Numbered from the stretch's first letter, positions 9,583 to 19,722 are shown. The stretch: 64,000 nt of DNA from Candidatus Hodarchaeaceae archaeon (GCA_030018135.1 JASEGJ010000003.1:1-64000), one strand, 5' to 3'. The notes: a model not told the origin generated them from the letters alone. Translations and numbers: made by a program.

Positions 9583-10050
9583 TTACCACACACCGAGGCT
9601 GACCAGCAACAGGAACGTCGCTAGAAAGCCCAAAATGGCGTAGGTTTCGACCATCACCGTGTACATGATGCACTTGCCGAATACCTCCGGCTTCTTAGCG
9701 ATTGCAGATACCCCTGCCGTGGCCGTCAATCCCTGCGCATAAGCCGTGAATCCCTGGAAGATCGCTGGGATGGCTGCAGCAAGCACCGCCAAACCAGCTA
9801 TGCCCGCCTTCAGTTCCCCTCCAAGCAAGCCGGTTCCGATGATTATTAACATGCCCGCGATGAAGCCATAGAACCCCTGTGTGCCGGGGAGTATCTCCAG
9901 CACGAACGCCTTTGAGAACTTCGTCGGATCCTCGCTCGTCACCCCTGCCGCCGCGACGCCCGTCATCCCGACGCCTATCGCCGAAAGGACCCCCGGAATT
10001 CCGACGGCTAGCCCTGCCGCCAACGCCACCCAAGTGATGTCGGTTACCAC
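9583..10050 (-). CDS. atpK: A/V-type ATP synthase proteolipid subunit K (c), 4-TM, Na+-type
   Basis: Duplicated hairpin with LPGTQGFYG, AYAQG and MVETYA, matching the NtpK-type Na+ ligands. Confidence 0.95.
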   Translation of the reverse strand: MVTDITWVALAAGLAVGIPGVLSAIGVGMTGVAAAGVTSEDPTKFSKAFVLEILPGTQGFYGFIAGMLIIIGTGLLGGELKAGIAGLAVLAAAIPAIFQGFTAYAQGLTATAGVSAIAKKPEVFGKCIMYTVMVETYAILGFLATFLLLVSLGVW

Positions 10051-12110
10051 CTACTCACCCCCTTTAATTTGGTGAACGTCCTTTTAGCTTTAAAGGGAGT
10101 GAACCCCAAGCCGCCAGCCTCATAGAACTTGCCGAAAAACTCCGCGAAATGAAGCCTCATCGTATGGATGAAGCCCCCCAAGCTGCTGATGAAGATGTTG
10201 AAGCCATGCCCGGCAACGAACAAAAGCCCAAGGACGATTAACAATGGGACAGCCAAAATCGCGGAGAGTACGGAAAGCTCGGATGGGAACATGCTACCGT
10301 ACGCAAATTTGACGACATAATTTACCAAAAATGCTATGACGCCCGTCGCGAGCCCTAGCGCCATGAGCCTTGCGTAGGAAACCACATCGGCCACCATACC
10401 CACTATGCCGTAAACGACGTTGACCGAGCCGCCGATTCTCTCCAAGCCGCCCTTTCTGGTCAACATAGCTCCAATCACCCCAATCACCAATCCAAGGTAG
10501 AGGAAAATTCGAAATGTTGAGACGATGGGCGCGGCTGGCGAGAACGGATTGAACGCATCGAATAAATCCATCTTCGGAAATGTGAAATCTATGCCGAACG
10601 AGGCCATGCTCATGCCAAGCACGCAAAAGCTCAGACCGAAGAACCCTATTATGATCAGCCCGCGCGAAACGCGGACGAACATCAAGCTCCTCCAGTCCCT
10701 CCTAAATACGTCCTTAAGGGCGCCTGCCACGCCGAATGCCAATAAGAGGTGGAGGATTCCTATGAATAACGCTAGCTTTAGCAGCGGTATCGGGTTCTCG
10801 ATCGGGTTTGCCCAGCGGGCCTCGAAAAATGGATGGATGCCTGCCAGGGCATCGCCAAACCATCCGCCCATCATAAGGCCAGCAAAAATGGTGAATATAG
10901 CGCATAGTACCATCATCCGCTTAAGTTCCCGTGGAAACACCTTGGCGAACCAAAAGTTTGATGCCATAAATAACCCTAAAATGATGCCGTAGCCAGCGTC
11001 AGACAAACAGATGGCGAAAAACATCGCAAAGGTGATCGTGAGTAGCGGTGTTGGATCAACCTCATCATATTTTGGCAGGCCATACATTTTAGTGACGTAC
11101 TCAAAGTCTTTAATGCCCTGCGGGTTCTCGAGCTGGGTCGGGACTATTTCGACCTCCGCGGGTCGAGGTTCATAAGTCCTGACGACGTATTGTCCGTGCG
11201 TGGTCGCACCAAGTACCGTTTCAAGCTCTTTCATCTTTTTTGCCGGAATCCATCCCTCAAGAACTATGGTGGCATCAGTATAACCAAAAATCCTGCCGCA
11301 CTCGAGCCTCTCCTTTTGGATTTCAAGAAGTTCCACCAAACAGTTGATATCCGAAGCCTTGGCTCCCGCTAATTTCCTTATACTTTTTTTGAGTCCTGCC
11401 TCCCTTTTCTGTAGTTCAACCAATCGCTTTTCCAGCGACTTCAGCGCTTTTCGCGGAACCCCTACTACCGGCGGAAGCTCGATAAGTTCAACTTCATATT
11501 TATACAAAATCGGCAAAATTTTGGGTTGATCCCGTGCTCTACAAATTAGAACAACTATTCGCACTTTGCCCTTCCCGAACACTGCTACAAGAACCCTGCG
11601 CGATAAAGCATCCCTCGCCGACTTGCAAAGTTCCAATGCCTTTTCCTCCGCGGTGCGCCCAACTGCAACATAAAATTCCTCGGTTGAGCGAAGGTACTGC
11701 AGGAGGAGTTTTATCTCGCGGAGATCCTTGAGCGCGTCTATTTGGGCAAACAGCTTCTGTCTTTCGTCCTCTATATACTTGCTTTTCGCCTTTAGCGCGT
11801 TTAGCTTTGGCTCCAGTTTGCCGAGAGTTTTCCTCGCCAGTTCTAGGGTCTGCCCGTAGGTTAGCTCCTTGAGCTCGACGGGCCGGCCGTATTGGGGGGT
11901 CATTAAAAATTCTTGAATCTCTCTAGCCTTCGCAAGTAACGATGAAACTCCATAAAATTCATCACCCAATGCTCTACGCGAGAGCTCGATTTCTGAGATC
12001 TCTTTAAGCTGAACAACGCCCTCCTCATGCAATCCCGACACGACATTATCGCGTGCGCGTTGTAGGACTATTGCACGGAATTTTTGCATTCGAGCCGTTC
12101 TAAACATCAT
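10044..12110 (-). CDS. atpI: A/V-type ATP synthase subunit I (a)
   Basis: MYGLPKYDEVDPT, DAGYG, DVVSYARLMALGLA, HTMRLHFAEFFGKFY. Confidence 0.97.
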   Translation of the reverse strand: MMFRTARMQKFRAIVLQRARDNVVSGLHEEGVVQLKEISEIELSRRALGDEFYGVSSLLAKAREIQEFLMTPQYGRPVELKELTYGQTLELARKTLGKLEPKLNALKAKSKYIEDERQKLFAQIDALKDLREIKLLLQYLRSTEEFYVAVGRTAEEKALELCKSARDALSRRVLVAVFGKGKVRIVVLICRARDQPKILPILYKYEVELIELPPVVGVPRKALKSLEKRLVELQKREAGLKKSIRKLAGAKASDINCLVELLEIQKERLECGRIFGYTDATIVLEGWIPAKKMKELETVLGATTHGQYVVRTYEPRPAEVEIVPTQLENPQGIKDFEYVTKMYGLPKYDEVDPTPLLTITFAMFFAICLSDAGYGIILGLFMASNFWFAKVFPRELKRMMVLCAIFTIFAGLMMGGWFGDALAGIHPFFEARWANPIENPIPLLKLALFIGILHLLLAFGVAGALKDVFRRDWRSLMFVRVSRGLIIIGFFGLSFCVLGMSMASFGIDFTFPKMDLFDAFNPFSPAAPIVSTFRIFLYLGLVIGVIGAMLTRKGGLERIGGSVNVVYGIVGMVADVVSYARLMALGLATGVIAFLVNYVVKFAYGSMFPSELSVLSAILAVPLLIVLGLLFVAGHGFNIFISSLGGFIHTMRLHFAEFFGKFYEAGGLGFTPFKAKRTFTKLKGVSRW

Positions 12111-12111
12111 T

Positions 12112-12423
12112 TCACCGCATGATGGATTCCAAAATCAGTTTGACGGCGTTCTCATACCTAGCTCTGGCCTTCTTCTCTAGGGCTTGAAGTTGCGTTTGAG
12201 TCTTTTTAAGAAGTTCTTGAATGTCCGTCTCAGCCCTCGACTTAGAGCGCTTGATTACTTCCTCGGCCCTTGCCCTTGCTTCTCCCATGGCCTGTTCTTT
12301 TATTCGCTCTGCCTCCGCGCGGGCAGATTCAACGATTTTCTTGGCTTCTCTTTGCGCGTCTTCGATTTTTTCCTTTGCTCTCTTCTCGGCCTCGAAAATC
12401 GCCTTGATGCTTTCTTCAACCAC
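12112..12423 (-). CDS. atpH: A/V-type ATP synthase subunit H (G-like stator)
   Basis: Charged E/K/A coiled coil; first gene of the minus-strand atp operon; GTG at 12423 after a GAGGGTGA RBS. Confidence 0.85.
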   Translation of the reverse strand: MVEESIKAIFEAEKRAKEKIEDAQREAKKIVESARAEAERIKEQAMGEARARAEEVIKRSKSRAETDIQELLKKTQTQLQALEKKARARYENAVKLILESIMR

Positions 12424-12500
12424 TGTATCACCCTCAAGCACGACCAAATCATTTAGGGTTTTTTACTATGGCGCTCATAAACATTCTGATTTAGACTGCT

Positions 12501-12534
12501 AGCGTTTTTATTCGAGGGCATATTCATAAAAGCT
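12501..12534. promoter_or_regulatory. Overlapping divergent TATA-like promoters of the two atp operons
   Basis: TTTTTAT on + (12505-12511) and TTTTAT on - (12531-12526), within an imperfect inverted repeat AGCG-TTTTTAT...ATAAAA-GCT. Confidence 0.45.
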
Positions 12535-12573
12535 GGGTCACTAATCATAGCTAGATAAGCCCGGGGTGTAAAA

Positions 12574-14361
12574 TTGGGCAAAATCGTTAGGATTACAGGT
12601 CCTGTGGTTATCGCAGACGACATGAAGGGCTCAGAGATGTATGAGCTCGTAAAGGTGGGCGAGGAGGGACTCATCGGCGAAATAATTGGATTAACTGGCG
12701 ACAGAGCTACTATTCAGGTATATGAAGAAACATCTGGCATAAAACCCGGCGAAAAAGTGGAGGGCACGGGGAAGCCATTATCAGTTGAACTCGGTCCTGG
12801 CTTGATCGGAGCCATTTACGATGGTACGCAGAGACCGCTCACAGTTATTCGAGCGAAGACCGGCGATTTGATAACGCGCGGTATTTCCGCATACGCCTTG
12901 CCCCGGGATAAAAAGTGGGGATTTGTGCCAAAAGTTAAAAAGGGCTCGAATGTCGTCGAGGGCGATGTGCTTGGCACCGTCAAGGAGGGTAAATTGGTCG
13001 AACACCGCATCTTGGTGCCTCCCGGGATAAGCGGCAAGGTGGCCGACATCTCGGAGGGAGCACACAAGGTCGAGGATGTTATAGCAGTGGTTGAGACGGC
13101 GAGTGGCGAAAAAAAGATAGCAATGATGCAAACGTGGCCCGTGAGGAGGGCTAGGCCGTATAAGGAGAAGCTGGATCCGGTTGAGCCGCTTATATCTGGG
13201 CAGCGCGTCATCGATGCTTTTTTCCCGATCGCAAAAGGGGGAACGGCAGCTATACCCGGTGGATTTGGCACTGGCAAGACGGTCATGCTACATCAGTTCG
13301 CAAAGTGGGCCGACGCCGATATCATCGTCTACGTCGGCTGTGGCGAGCGTGGTAACGAGATGTGCGATGTCCTCACGCATTTTCCTGAGCTTAAAGATCC
13401 CCGAACAGGCGAGTCGTTGATGGAGCGGGTAGTGCTTATTGCGAATACTTCAAACATGCCAGTCGCTGCAAGGGAGGCAAGCGTCTATACTGGTATCACG
13501 ATCGCCGAGTACTTCAGGGATATGGGCTACGATGTTGCCCTCATGGCCGACTCGACTTCGCGCTGGGCTGAGGCGATGCGTGAGATTTCAGGCAGGCTTG
13601 AGGAGATGCCCGGCGAGGAGGGCTTCCCCGCATACTTGGCGTCTAGGCTTGCGGAGTTCTACGAGCGCGCCGGTCGCGTGCGGACCATCTGCAGCGGCGA
13701 TAGAATTGGATCGATCACCGTTGTGGGGGCTGTTTCACCGCCCGGTGGCGATTTATCTGAACCAGTTTCCCAAAACACCTTGCGCATAGTTAAGGTCTTT
13801 TGGGCGCTCGACACCGCTCTAGCCGACCGCCGTCACTTCCCGGCGATTCATTGGCTGACGAGCTACTCGCTCTACGTTGACGCCATAAAGAATTGGTGGA
13901 AGCAAAAGTTTAGTAAGGACTGGAAATCTATGCGTGACGAGGCCATTGCGATGCTACAAGAGGAGGCCGAACTCGAGGAAATAGTTAAACTAGTCGGACC
14001 GGATGCGTTACCCGAGCGGGAGCGAGCGGTATTGGAAGCAGCTCGAATAATGCGCGAGGATTTTCTCCAGCAATTTGCATTTCAAGAGGTCGATACTTAT
14101 TGCCCCGTGGAAAAACAGCTCGGCATGCTCGAAGGAGTGCTTGAATTTTACCGCAATTGTGTCGAAGCGGCCAAACGCGGCGTCAGCGTAGATGAGATCA
14201 GGAAATTACCCATAAAGGATGCCATAGCTGGCATGAAAAGGCTTCCGCCGGATAAATTCGAGAGGGAATTCAAATTGCTGAAAAAACAGCTCAAGGAGCA
14301 GTTCGCGGTGCTCATGCAAACTAAGAGGGCACCCACCGGGGGTAGCGGGCATGACGAATGA
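12574..14361 (+). CDS. atpA: A/V-type ATP synthase subunit A
   Basis: Walker [38 protein letters not shown]; no intein. Confidence 0.98.
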   Translation: MGKIVRITGPVVIADDMKGSEMYELVKVGEEGLIGEIIGLTGDRATIQVYEETSGIKPGEKVEGTGKPLSVELGPGLIGAIYDGTQRPLTVIRAKTGDLITRGISAYALPRDKKWGFVPKVKKGSNVVEGDVLGTVKEGKLVEHRILVPPGISGKVADISEGAHKVEDVIAVVETASGEKKIAMMQTWPVRRARPYKEKLDPVEPLISGQRVIDAFFPIAKGGTAAIPGGFGTGKTVMLHQFAKWADADIIVYVGCGERGNEMCDVLTHFPELKDPRTGESLMERVVLIANTSNMPVAAREASVYTGITIAEYFRDMGYDVALMADSTSRWAEAMREISGRLEEMPGEEGFPAYLASRLAEFYERAGRVRTICSGDRIGSITVVGAVSPPGGDLSEPVSQNTLRIVKVFWALDTALADRRHFPAIHWLTSYSLYVDAIKNWWKQKFSKDWKSMRDEAIAMLQEEAELEEIVKLVGPDALPERERAVLEAARIMREDFLQQFAFQEVDTYCPVEKQLGMLEGVLEFYRNCVEAAKRGVSVDEIRKLPIKDAIAGMKRLPPDKFEREFKLLKKQLKEQFAVLMQTKRAPTGGSGHDE

Positions 14362-15745
14362 GGCGATAAAGGGTCGGGAATATCGGACCGTCGCGAAGGT
14401 TTCTGGTCCGCTGATGGTGGTCGAAGGCGTAAGCGGCGTCGCGTACGGCGAAGTTGTCGAAATTGTGACACCAACGGGTGAAACCAAAAGAGGACAGGTG
14501 CTCGACGCATATGAGGACCGTGCTGTGGTGCAGGTCTACGAGGGCACCGCGGGAATTGATACCCTCCAAACCCGGGTTAGGTTTACTGGGGGGACCGTTA
14601 AATTTGGTATTGGACTTGAGTTGCTTGGTAGGATATTCAATGGCAGGGGCATGCCCATAGACGGCGGACCAAATCCCATATTCGAGGACAGGTGGGACGT
14701 GCATGGATCACCGATAAATCCGTCGGCGCGCGAGTATCCAAGCGAGTTTATCCAAACCGGCATTTCTGCCATCGACGGCATGAACACTTTAGTAAGGGGT
14801 CAGAAATTGCCGATATTCTCGGGCTCCGGTCTTCCTCACAATGAATTGGCCGCCCAAATAGCTAGACAATCCAAAGTTCTGGGTGAAGAGGAGCGGTTTG
14901 CGGTAGTATTTTGTGGTATGGGCATCACCCACGAGGAGGCCGCTTTCTTCATGAAGGACTTCGAACGAACTGGGGCGCTCGAGCGCGCGACCTTATTTCT
15001 AAACTTGGCAAACGACCCCGCGATAGAGCGAATATTGACGCCCCGGCTGGCGTTAACGACCGCTGAGTACCTCGCGTTCGTCCAAGGCATGCATGTTTTA
15101 GTCATCCTAACGGATATCACCAACTACGCGGAGGCCCTGCGCGAGGTTTCGGCGGCGAGGGGCGAGGTGCCAAGCAGGCGCGGCTATCCGGGCTACCTGT
15201 ACACGGATTTTGCCACCATCTACGAGCGGGCGGGGAGGATCAGGGGAAAGAAGGGCTCGATCACGCAGATGCCGATCCTTACTATGCCGGGCGACGACAT
15301 CACCCACCCAATACCAGACCTAACTGGCTACATAACCGAGGGGCAGCTTGTTATGAATCGTGAGCTTCATCACAAGGGCATATACCCACCGATCGATGTT
15401 TTACCATCGTTATCCAGGCTCATGAAGGACGGCATAGGCACCGGTCACACGCGCGAGGACCATAGCGATGTCTCCAACCAACTTTACGCTGCATATGCAG
15501 AGGGCAAGGATCTGAGGGCGCTTGTTACGGTCGTGGGCGAAGAAGCTTTGATCGAACGCGATCGACGTTATTTGGATTTCGCCGAGAGATTTGAGCGAGA
15601 GTTCATCAATCAAGGCAGGGATGAGGATCGCCCAATTGAGGTCACGCTTGAGTTAGGCTGGGAGCTGTTGCGCACGCTGCCCGAAGCTGAACTTAAGCGT
15701 ATCGATCCTAAATTCATAACTAAGTACTTGCATCAGCGGGGTTAG
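14351..15745 (+). CDS. atpB: A/V-type ATP synthase subunit B
   Basis: [41 protein letters not shown]. Confidence 0.98.
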   Translation: MTNEAIKGREYRTVAKVSGPLMVVEGVSGVAYGEVVEIVTPTGETKRGQVLDAYEDRAVVQVYEGTAGIDTLQTRVRFTGGTVKFGIGLELLGRIFNGRGMPIDGGPNPIFEDRWDVHGSPINPSAREYPSEFIQTGISAIDGMNTLVRGQKLPIFSGSGLPHNELAAQIARQSKVLGEEERFAVVFCGMGITHEEAAFFMKDFERTGALERATLFLNLANDPAIERILTPRLALTTAEYLAFVQGMHVLVILTDITNYAEALREVSAARGEVPSRRGYPGYLYTDFATIYERAGRIRGKKGSITQMPILTMPGDDITHPIPDLTGYITEGQLVMNRELHHKGIYPPIDVLPSLSRLMKDGIGTGHTREDHSDVSNQLYAAYAEGKDLRALVTVVGEEALIERDRRYLDFAERFEREFINQGRDEDRPIEVTLELGWELLRTLPEAELKRIDPKFITKYLHQRG

Positions 15746-15746
15746 C

Positions 15747-16163
15747 TTGATAGAAATTCGCAACTTTGAGAGCGACGATATCAATGACTTATTATCGCTT
15801 TTGCACACCTGCTTTGATCCGCGCGAGCTTGAGGGCATAACTTCATTTGACATGCTCGACTGGTACCGCCAGTTCCCGGGCGGTATGAAGGTGGCGGTTT
15901 CCGATGGGAATATCGCTGGTTTTGTGTTTGCGTTCACCTCACGTGGCATCGGCTGGATAACGTTGTTGTGTGTTAAGCCAGAGTTTCGCAGGCGGGAAAT
16001 TGGCACCCGCTTACTTCAGGCCGCTCTTGCGTACCTTTCCACACAGGGCGTTCGTGTGGTCAAGCTGGATGTTGAGCCCGAGAGCCCAGCGGCTGGGCTT
16101 TATAAAAAATTTGGCTTCGATGTCGAGCGGACCCTGTTGCGCATGCGGAAAAAATTGCGGTGA
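15747..16163 (+). CDS. GNAT family N-acetyltransferase (RimI/Ard1-like)
   Basis: LCVKPEFRRREIGTRLL (motif A) and A.GLYKKFGF; starts 1 bp after atpB. Confidence 0.85.
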   Translation: MIEIRNFESDDINDLLSLLHTCFDPRELEGITSFDMLDWYRQFPGGMKVAVSDGNIAGFVFAFTSRGIGWITLLCVKPEFRRREIGTRLLQAALAYLSTQGVRVVKLDVEPESPAAGLYKKFGFDVERTLLRMRKKLR

Positions 16164-16199
16164 ATTTTACAAATTTTGAGGGAATCTAAATCGACTCAG

Positions 16200-16261
16200 C
16201 GCGCTCGGGGACTCAAAATCTTCATCACTTGAATCAGCTTAGCCAGGCTCGTCATCGCGCG
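16200..16261 (-). ncRNA. Box C/D 2'-O-methylation guide sRNA
   Basis: Minus strand reads CGCGC stem - box C GATGACGA (16256-16249) - 11-nt guide - D' CTGA (16237-16234) - TTCAA - C' GTGATGA (16228-16222) - 13-nt guide - D CCGA (16208-16205) - GCGCG stem. BRE/TATA CGAAAGGCTTTAAT lies about 25 nt upstream. Confidence 0.85.
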
Positions 16262-16312
16262 TATCAAAATCTCGCCATAATGATTAAAGCCTTTCGCACA
16301 GTGGGCTGGCGC

Positions 16313-17428
16313 TCAGTAAACCTTTTCCACAAGTTTCTTTGCCTTAGCTTCGGTGCTCTTCCGCTTGGCCTGATGCGCCTTTAAGAACTTCGTCATAAGT
16401 TCGATCGCCCGCAACTTGCAATCGCCGCAAATTATCGCCCCAGATTTGCATGCCTCCCGCAAATCCAAGAGTTTTTCGTCATTTGGCATGAGGTGATAAA
16501 CGTAAAGTTTGTATACCGTGCATTTATCGGGGTCCCCTCCAAGGTTGCGTTGTTCATCGGCCGTCGGCTGTCCGCCCGTAAATGCATCCCTAATTTTTCT
16601 TTCCACTTGCTCGGGGCTATCAGTCAGAAATATTGCCGTCTCCGGCTTGCTGCTCGACATTTTCTCGCCAGTCAGACCGGGCATGAGGCGGTGATAAGTT
16701 GAGGACGGCAGGATAAATCCGAATTCACGTTGGAACCTTGCTGCGACATCGCGAGCAAGCCTTATGTGTGGGTCTTGGTCGACCCCAACTGGCACAACGG
16801 TCGGACAAGGGCCCTCAAATTCGCGTAATTGTGGATGCAAGATATCTGCTACATCCACCATTGGATAAAATATGTGCGCAATGTTCGAGTTCCCGGCGAA
16901 GCCATAAATTGCGCGCGTTTCGCTGAAGTTCACCTTTTTCGCCAGCATATACGCCAAGTGGCGCACGGCGTCGCTACGCGACTGAAAGTATACGTTGCAC
17001 TTGTCGAGGTTTAGGCCAAGCGCCAGATAATTCGTGAGGTACTCATCAACAGCAAGCCGGCGGGCTTCTTCAAACGGCACATCGCGTGCAGAATATGCCT
17101 CGAGATCGGCGACACAAAGGTAAATATTTGCGCCCCGTTCCTGATACCAGATCAGCTGATCGATGACTAATTTGTGGCCGATATGCATTCGACCGCTGGG
17201 CATGAGGCCCGTCATCACGACGAACTTCTTGTGGGCAAACATCGCATCCAGTACGCGGCCAAAGTCGCGGTGACCAAAGATCACGCGGCGGCGCATAAGA
17301 TGGTGTGGTTTGGGCATGCGATCGAGCAAACTCTCAAATGGCTCTATCCCGAACTCCTCCATCAATTTGGCGTAGTCCTTAGGTATGGCTGCACTCCAGG
17401 GGTCGATTCTGATTGGCATGCATTTCAC
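16313..17428 (-). CDS. trpS: Tryptophan--tRNA ligase
   Basis: HIGH motif (MHIGH), KMSSS, VPVGVDQDPH. Confidence 0.97.
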   Translation of the reverse strand: MKCMPIRIDPWSAAIPKDYAKLMEEFGIEPFESLLDRMPKPHHLMRRRVIFGHRDFGRVLDAMFAHKKFVVMTGLMPSGRMHIGHKLVIDQLIWYQERGANIYLCVADLEAYSARDVPFEEARRLAVDEYLTNYLALGLNLDKCNVYFQSRSDAVRHLAYMLAKKVNFSETRAIYGFAGNSNIAHIFYPMVDVADILHPQLREFEGPCPTVVPVGVDQDPHIRLARDVAARFQREFGFILPSSTYHRLMPGLTGEKMSSSKPETAIFLTDSPEQVERKIRDAFTGGQPTADEQRNLGGDPDKCTVYKLYVYHLMPNDEKLLDLREACKSGAIICGDCKLRAIELMTKFLKAHQAKRKSTEAKAKKLVEKVY

Positions 17429-17964
17429 GGCCTTTCGCGTTTTAGCGAATAGTAGGTAATATCTCCCTCGTCATCCACTATCGCAAATAACATGTCCTTG
17501 CGAACGCTGTGCGCCAATCGCACCGCGCGCGCGAGTTCGGTCGGCGTCAGTTTGGTGCCCTCCGGTACCGCATGGACTATATACTTTGAGTGCGTTTCGC
17601 CCGGCTTCTCACCGCGTTCGTAGACGCGAAAGTGTGCCCCAAACTTTAGCCCGGTCTTAACCACATAGCCGCGCGAGCGCATGTCCGCGTACACCAAGTA
17701 CTTAAGCATCAAATCCGGATCGCGCTTTGTCAACCTCGCTAGGAGCTCATCAAACCTGATTTGCTCGCCCATATCGTGGTCGATCACGTGGATTTTGCCA
17801 CCCTCGAGGAGGTAGAGCGCCTCCAATGGTGCCAGCTGGAGCTTGCCGCCCGAAAGCGGCTTGCCAAAAGACCCCCGCTGGTAAAGTTGGTTTGCCTGAG
17901 CCTCGTCCCAAACCATTACCTTGTCCTTGTACAGGTAAGCCTCGACAGGGATTTCGGCTTCCAT
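17425..17964 (-). CDS. endA: tRNA-splicing endonuclease (single 179-aa subunit, homotetramer type)
   Basis: LEALYL, GYVVKTGLKFGAHFRVY, HSKY, RLAHSVRK, DDEGDITYY; overlaps trpS. Confidence 0.95.
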   Translation of the reverse strand: MEAEIPVEAYLYKDKVMVWDEAQANQLYQRGSFGKPLSGGKLQLAPLEALYLLEGGKIHVIDHDMGEQIRFDELLARLTKRDPDLMLKYLVYADMRSRGYVVKTGLKFGAHFRVYERGEKPGETHSKYIVHAVPEGTKLTPTELARAVRLAHSVRKDMLFAIVDDEGDITYYSLKRERP

Positions 17965-18045
17965 ACCGTCCCCTCTTACACTATCTAATGCATGTTAAGA
18001 AGTTTTTGATGCGAGACGCGGGTCAAGATTGGCCCCACTGTGCCC

Positions 18046-19503
18046 TCACTTGCTAGAGACCTGAGTTGGCGTCTCATTTTTTGTAGTTTTCTTCAACTCA
18101 AGCCAATACTTGAGATTGTGGATGCAGCCGGGGTCCGGAGCCTGTACATCGTCATAATACCCATATGCCCTCGCCCTGCAACCGCCGCAGGTGTAGCGAT
18201 ACTTGCATTCCCCGCAGCCCTTCAAAGCCTCCCTATCCCTAAGCTTCCATAGGAGCTCGGAGGAGTGCCAAACGTCCCGCAGGCGCACATCCCTTATGTT
18301 ACCGAGCTTAATCGGCATGAACACGCAGGGGGTTATGTCTCCATTGGGCTCAAGTCCGCAGTAGAGCCTCCCGGCCCCACACCCGCCGAGGAAATCCGCG
18401 AGGCTCTTCGTTCGGCCCCGTAACGCCCTCATCGCCCCCTCGCTCGTGAAATGAGTTGGAACTATGCTGCTCGCACCGTGTGCACCGTACGCGAACTCCA
18501 AGGAGATCATCGAATATTGCGGCGCAGTTGAATAACAAATCATTTTGCAGTCACTGTCCACCATCTTGGTGTACAGGTAATTGAGCAGCTTGTGGCGCTC
18601 CTGCGGGCTTAGGTCTTGGTCGACGATGTCCTTGCCCCGCCCGACTGGCACGTAGTTGAACATGATAACGCGCTTCGCCCCAAGCTCTTGCTCGATGAAG
18701 TCGACAAGTTTTGGGATCTCTTGAAGGTTGGAGCGGGTTGCGGTCAGGGCGACACACGTGTCGATTCCCTCGCCGACGCTATTTTTGATCCCCTCGCACG
18801 TGAGCCTCCATGCCCCCGGGACCCCCCTGAATCTATCGTGCACCTTCTCGAACCCGTCGAGGGATATCTCCACGTAATCGAAAACATTTTTCATCTTTTT
18901 TGCGACCTCCCTTGTGATCACCGTGCCGTTCGTAGCGACGGAGATGAAAAATCCCTTACTTTTAGCGTAACTCGCGATCTCGAAAATGTCATTCCTCAGC
19001 AACGGTTCGCCGCCGGAAAATGCTATCGCCACAACGCCAGCGTCCTCGAACTCATCTATGACCCGCTTCGCCTCCTCGGTCGTGAGCTCATCCTTCATCG
19101 CCCCGGGTCCCGCGTTCTCATAGCAGTGCTCGCACCGCAGGTTGCAGTGCTTGGTGTAGTTCCAAACAACCAAGAAGGGGGCAATCGAGGTGAAAGGCCT
19201 GCGGGCGCCGTAATGGGCGACGCCTTCCAGCACGTTTACCATGCCGCGCCGGATCACGGGGTCCTTCAAATTTTTCTTCAAGCTCTCGCCGGAGTAGCCG
19301 AGGGCGTTTGTTCCGCGATCGGCTATAAGCTTGACCACCAAAGCGGCGATTCTGTCCCGGAAGTCGCAGGGGATGTCCTCGCCCGCGTACCTTCTCAGGG
19401 CAACATCCAACCTGTTGCCGCCGTACTTGCTCCTCCCGCAGACAAACCTGAGCAGAGCCTTGGAGAAGGGGTTCCCCAGCCACCTCTGCACCGCCCCTGT
19501 CAC
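18046..19503 (-). CDS. Radical SAM/SPASM protein with N-terminal extension (candidate GMGT synthase-like)
   Basis: CNLRCEHC; SPASM GCGAGR..C...PNGDITPCVF, CGEC.Y...CGGCRARAY, DPGC. Confidence 0.85.
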   Translation of the reverse strand: MTGAVQRWLGNPFSKALLRFVCGRSKYGGNRLDVALRRYAGEDIPCDFRDRIAALVVKLIADRGTNALGYSGESLKKNLKDPVIRRGMVNVLEGVAHYGARRPFTSIAPFLVVWNYTKHCNLRCEHCYENAGPGAMKDELTTEEAKRVIDEFEDAGVVAIAFSGGEPLLRNDIFEIASYAKSKGFFISVATNGTVITREVAKKMKNVFDYVEISLDGFEKVHDRFRGVPGAWRLTCEGIKNSVGEGIDTCVALTATRSNLQEIPKLVDFIEQELGAKRVIMFNYVPVGRGKDIVDQDLSPQERHKLLNYLYTKMVDSDCKMICYSTAPQYSMISLEFAYGAHGASSIVPTHFTSEGAMRALRGRTKSLADFLGGCGAGRLYCGLEPNGDITPCVFMPIKLGNIRDVRLRDVWHSSELLWKLRDREALKGCGECKYRYTCGGCRARAYGYYDDVQAPDPGCIHNLKYWLELKKTTKNETPTQVSSK

Positions 19504-19676
19504 CGCTTCCTCCCTTCTAACCGTGATCCCACCCCTTTCGCTCAGACGTTGGGGGCACCTCCGCTACCTGCGAAAATCCCCTTTTCAACCCCTTAATTGT
19601 AACGTTTAAATAATCGTCCAAATAATATATTAACTCGAGGATAGCGTCGATAATCGCACTAATACCGGGCGGTCGG

Positions 19677-19722
19677 CCGAGACGATGACGAGAGCTTAAA
19701 GCTGAGGCAATAAGCTCTTTTT
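19677..19722 (+). ncRNA. Possible second C/D-like (K-loop) small RNA, partial
   Basis: CCGA-gac-GATGACGA-10 nt-CTGA, overlapped by an AGAGCTTA/TAAGCTCT hairpin and a T-run; no clear upstream box C. Confidence 0.3.

Noticed and set aside
12574-14361. Intein in atpA
   Set aside because: The 595-aa length is normal and the sequence is continuous across the Walker A region.
18616-19596. 326-aa + strand ORF
   Set aside because: Antisense shadow of the radical SAM gene, with no recognisable motifs.
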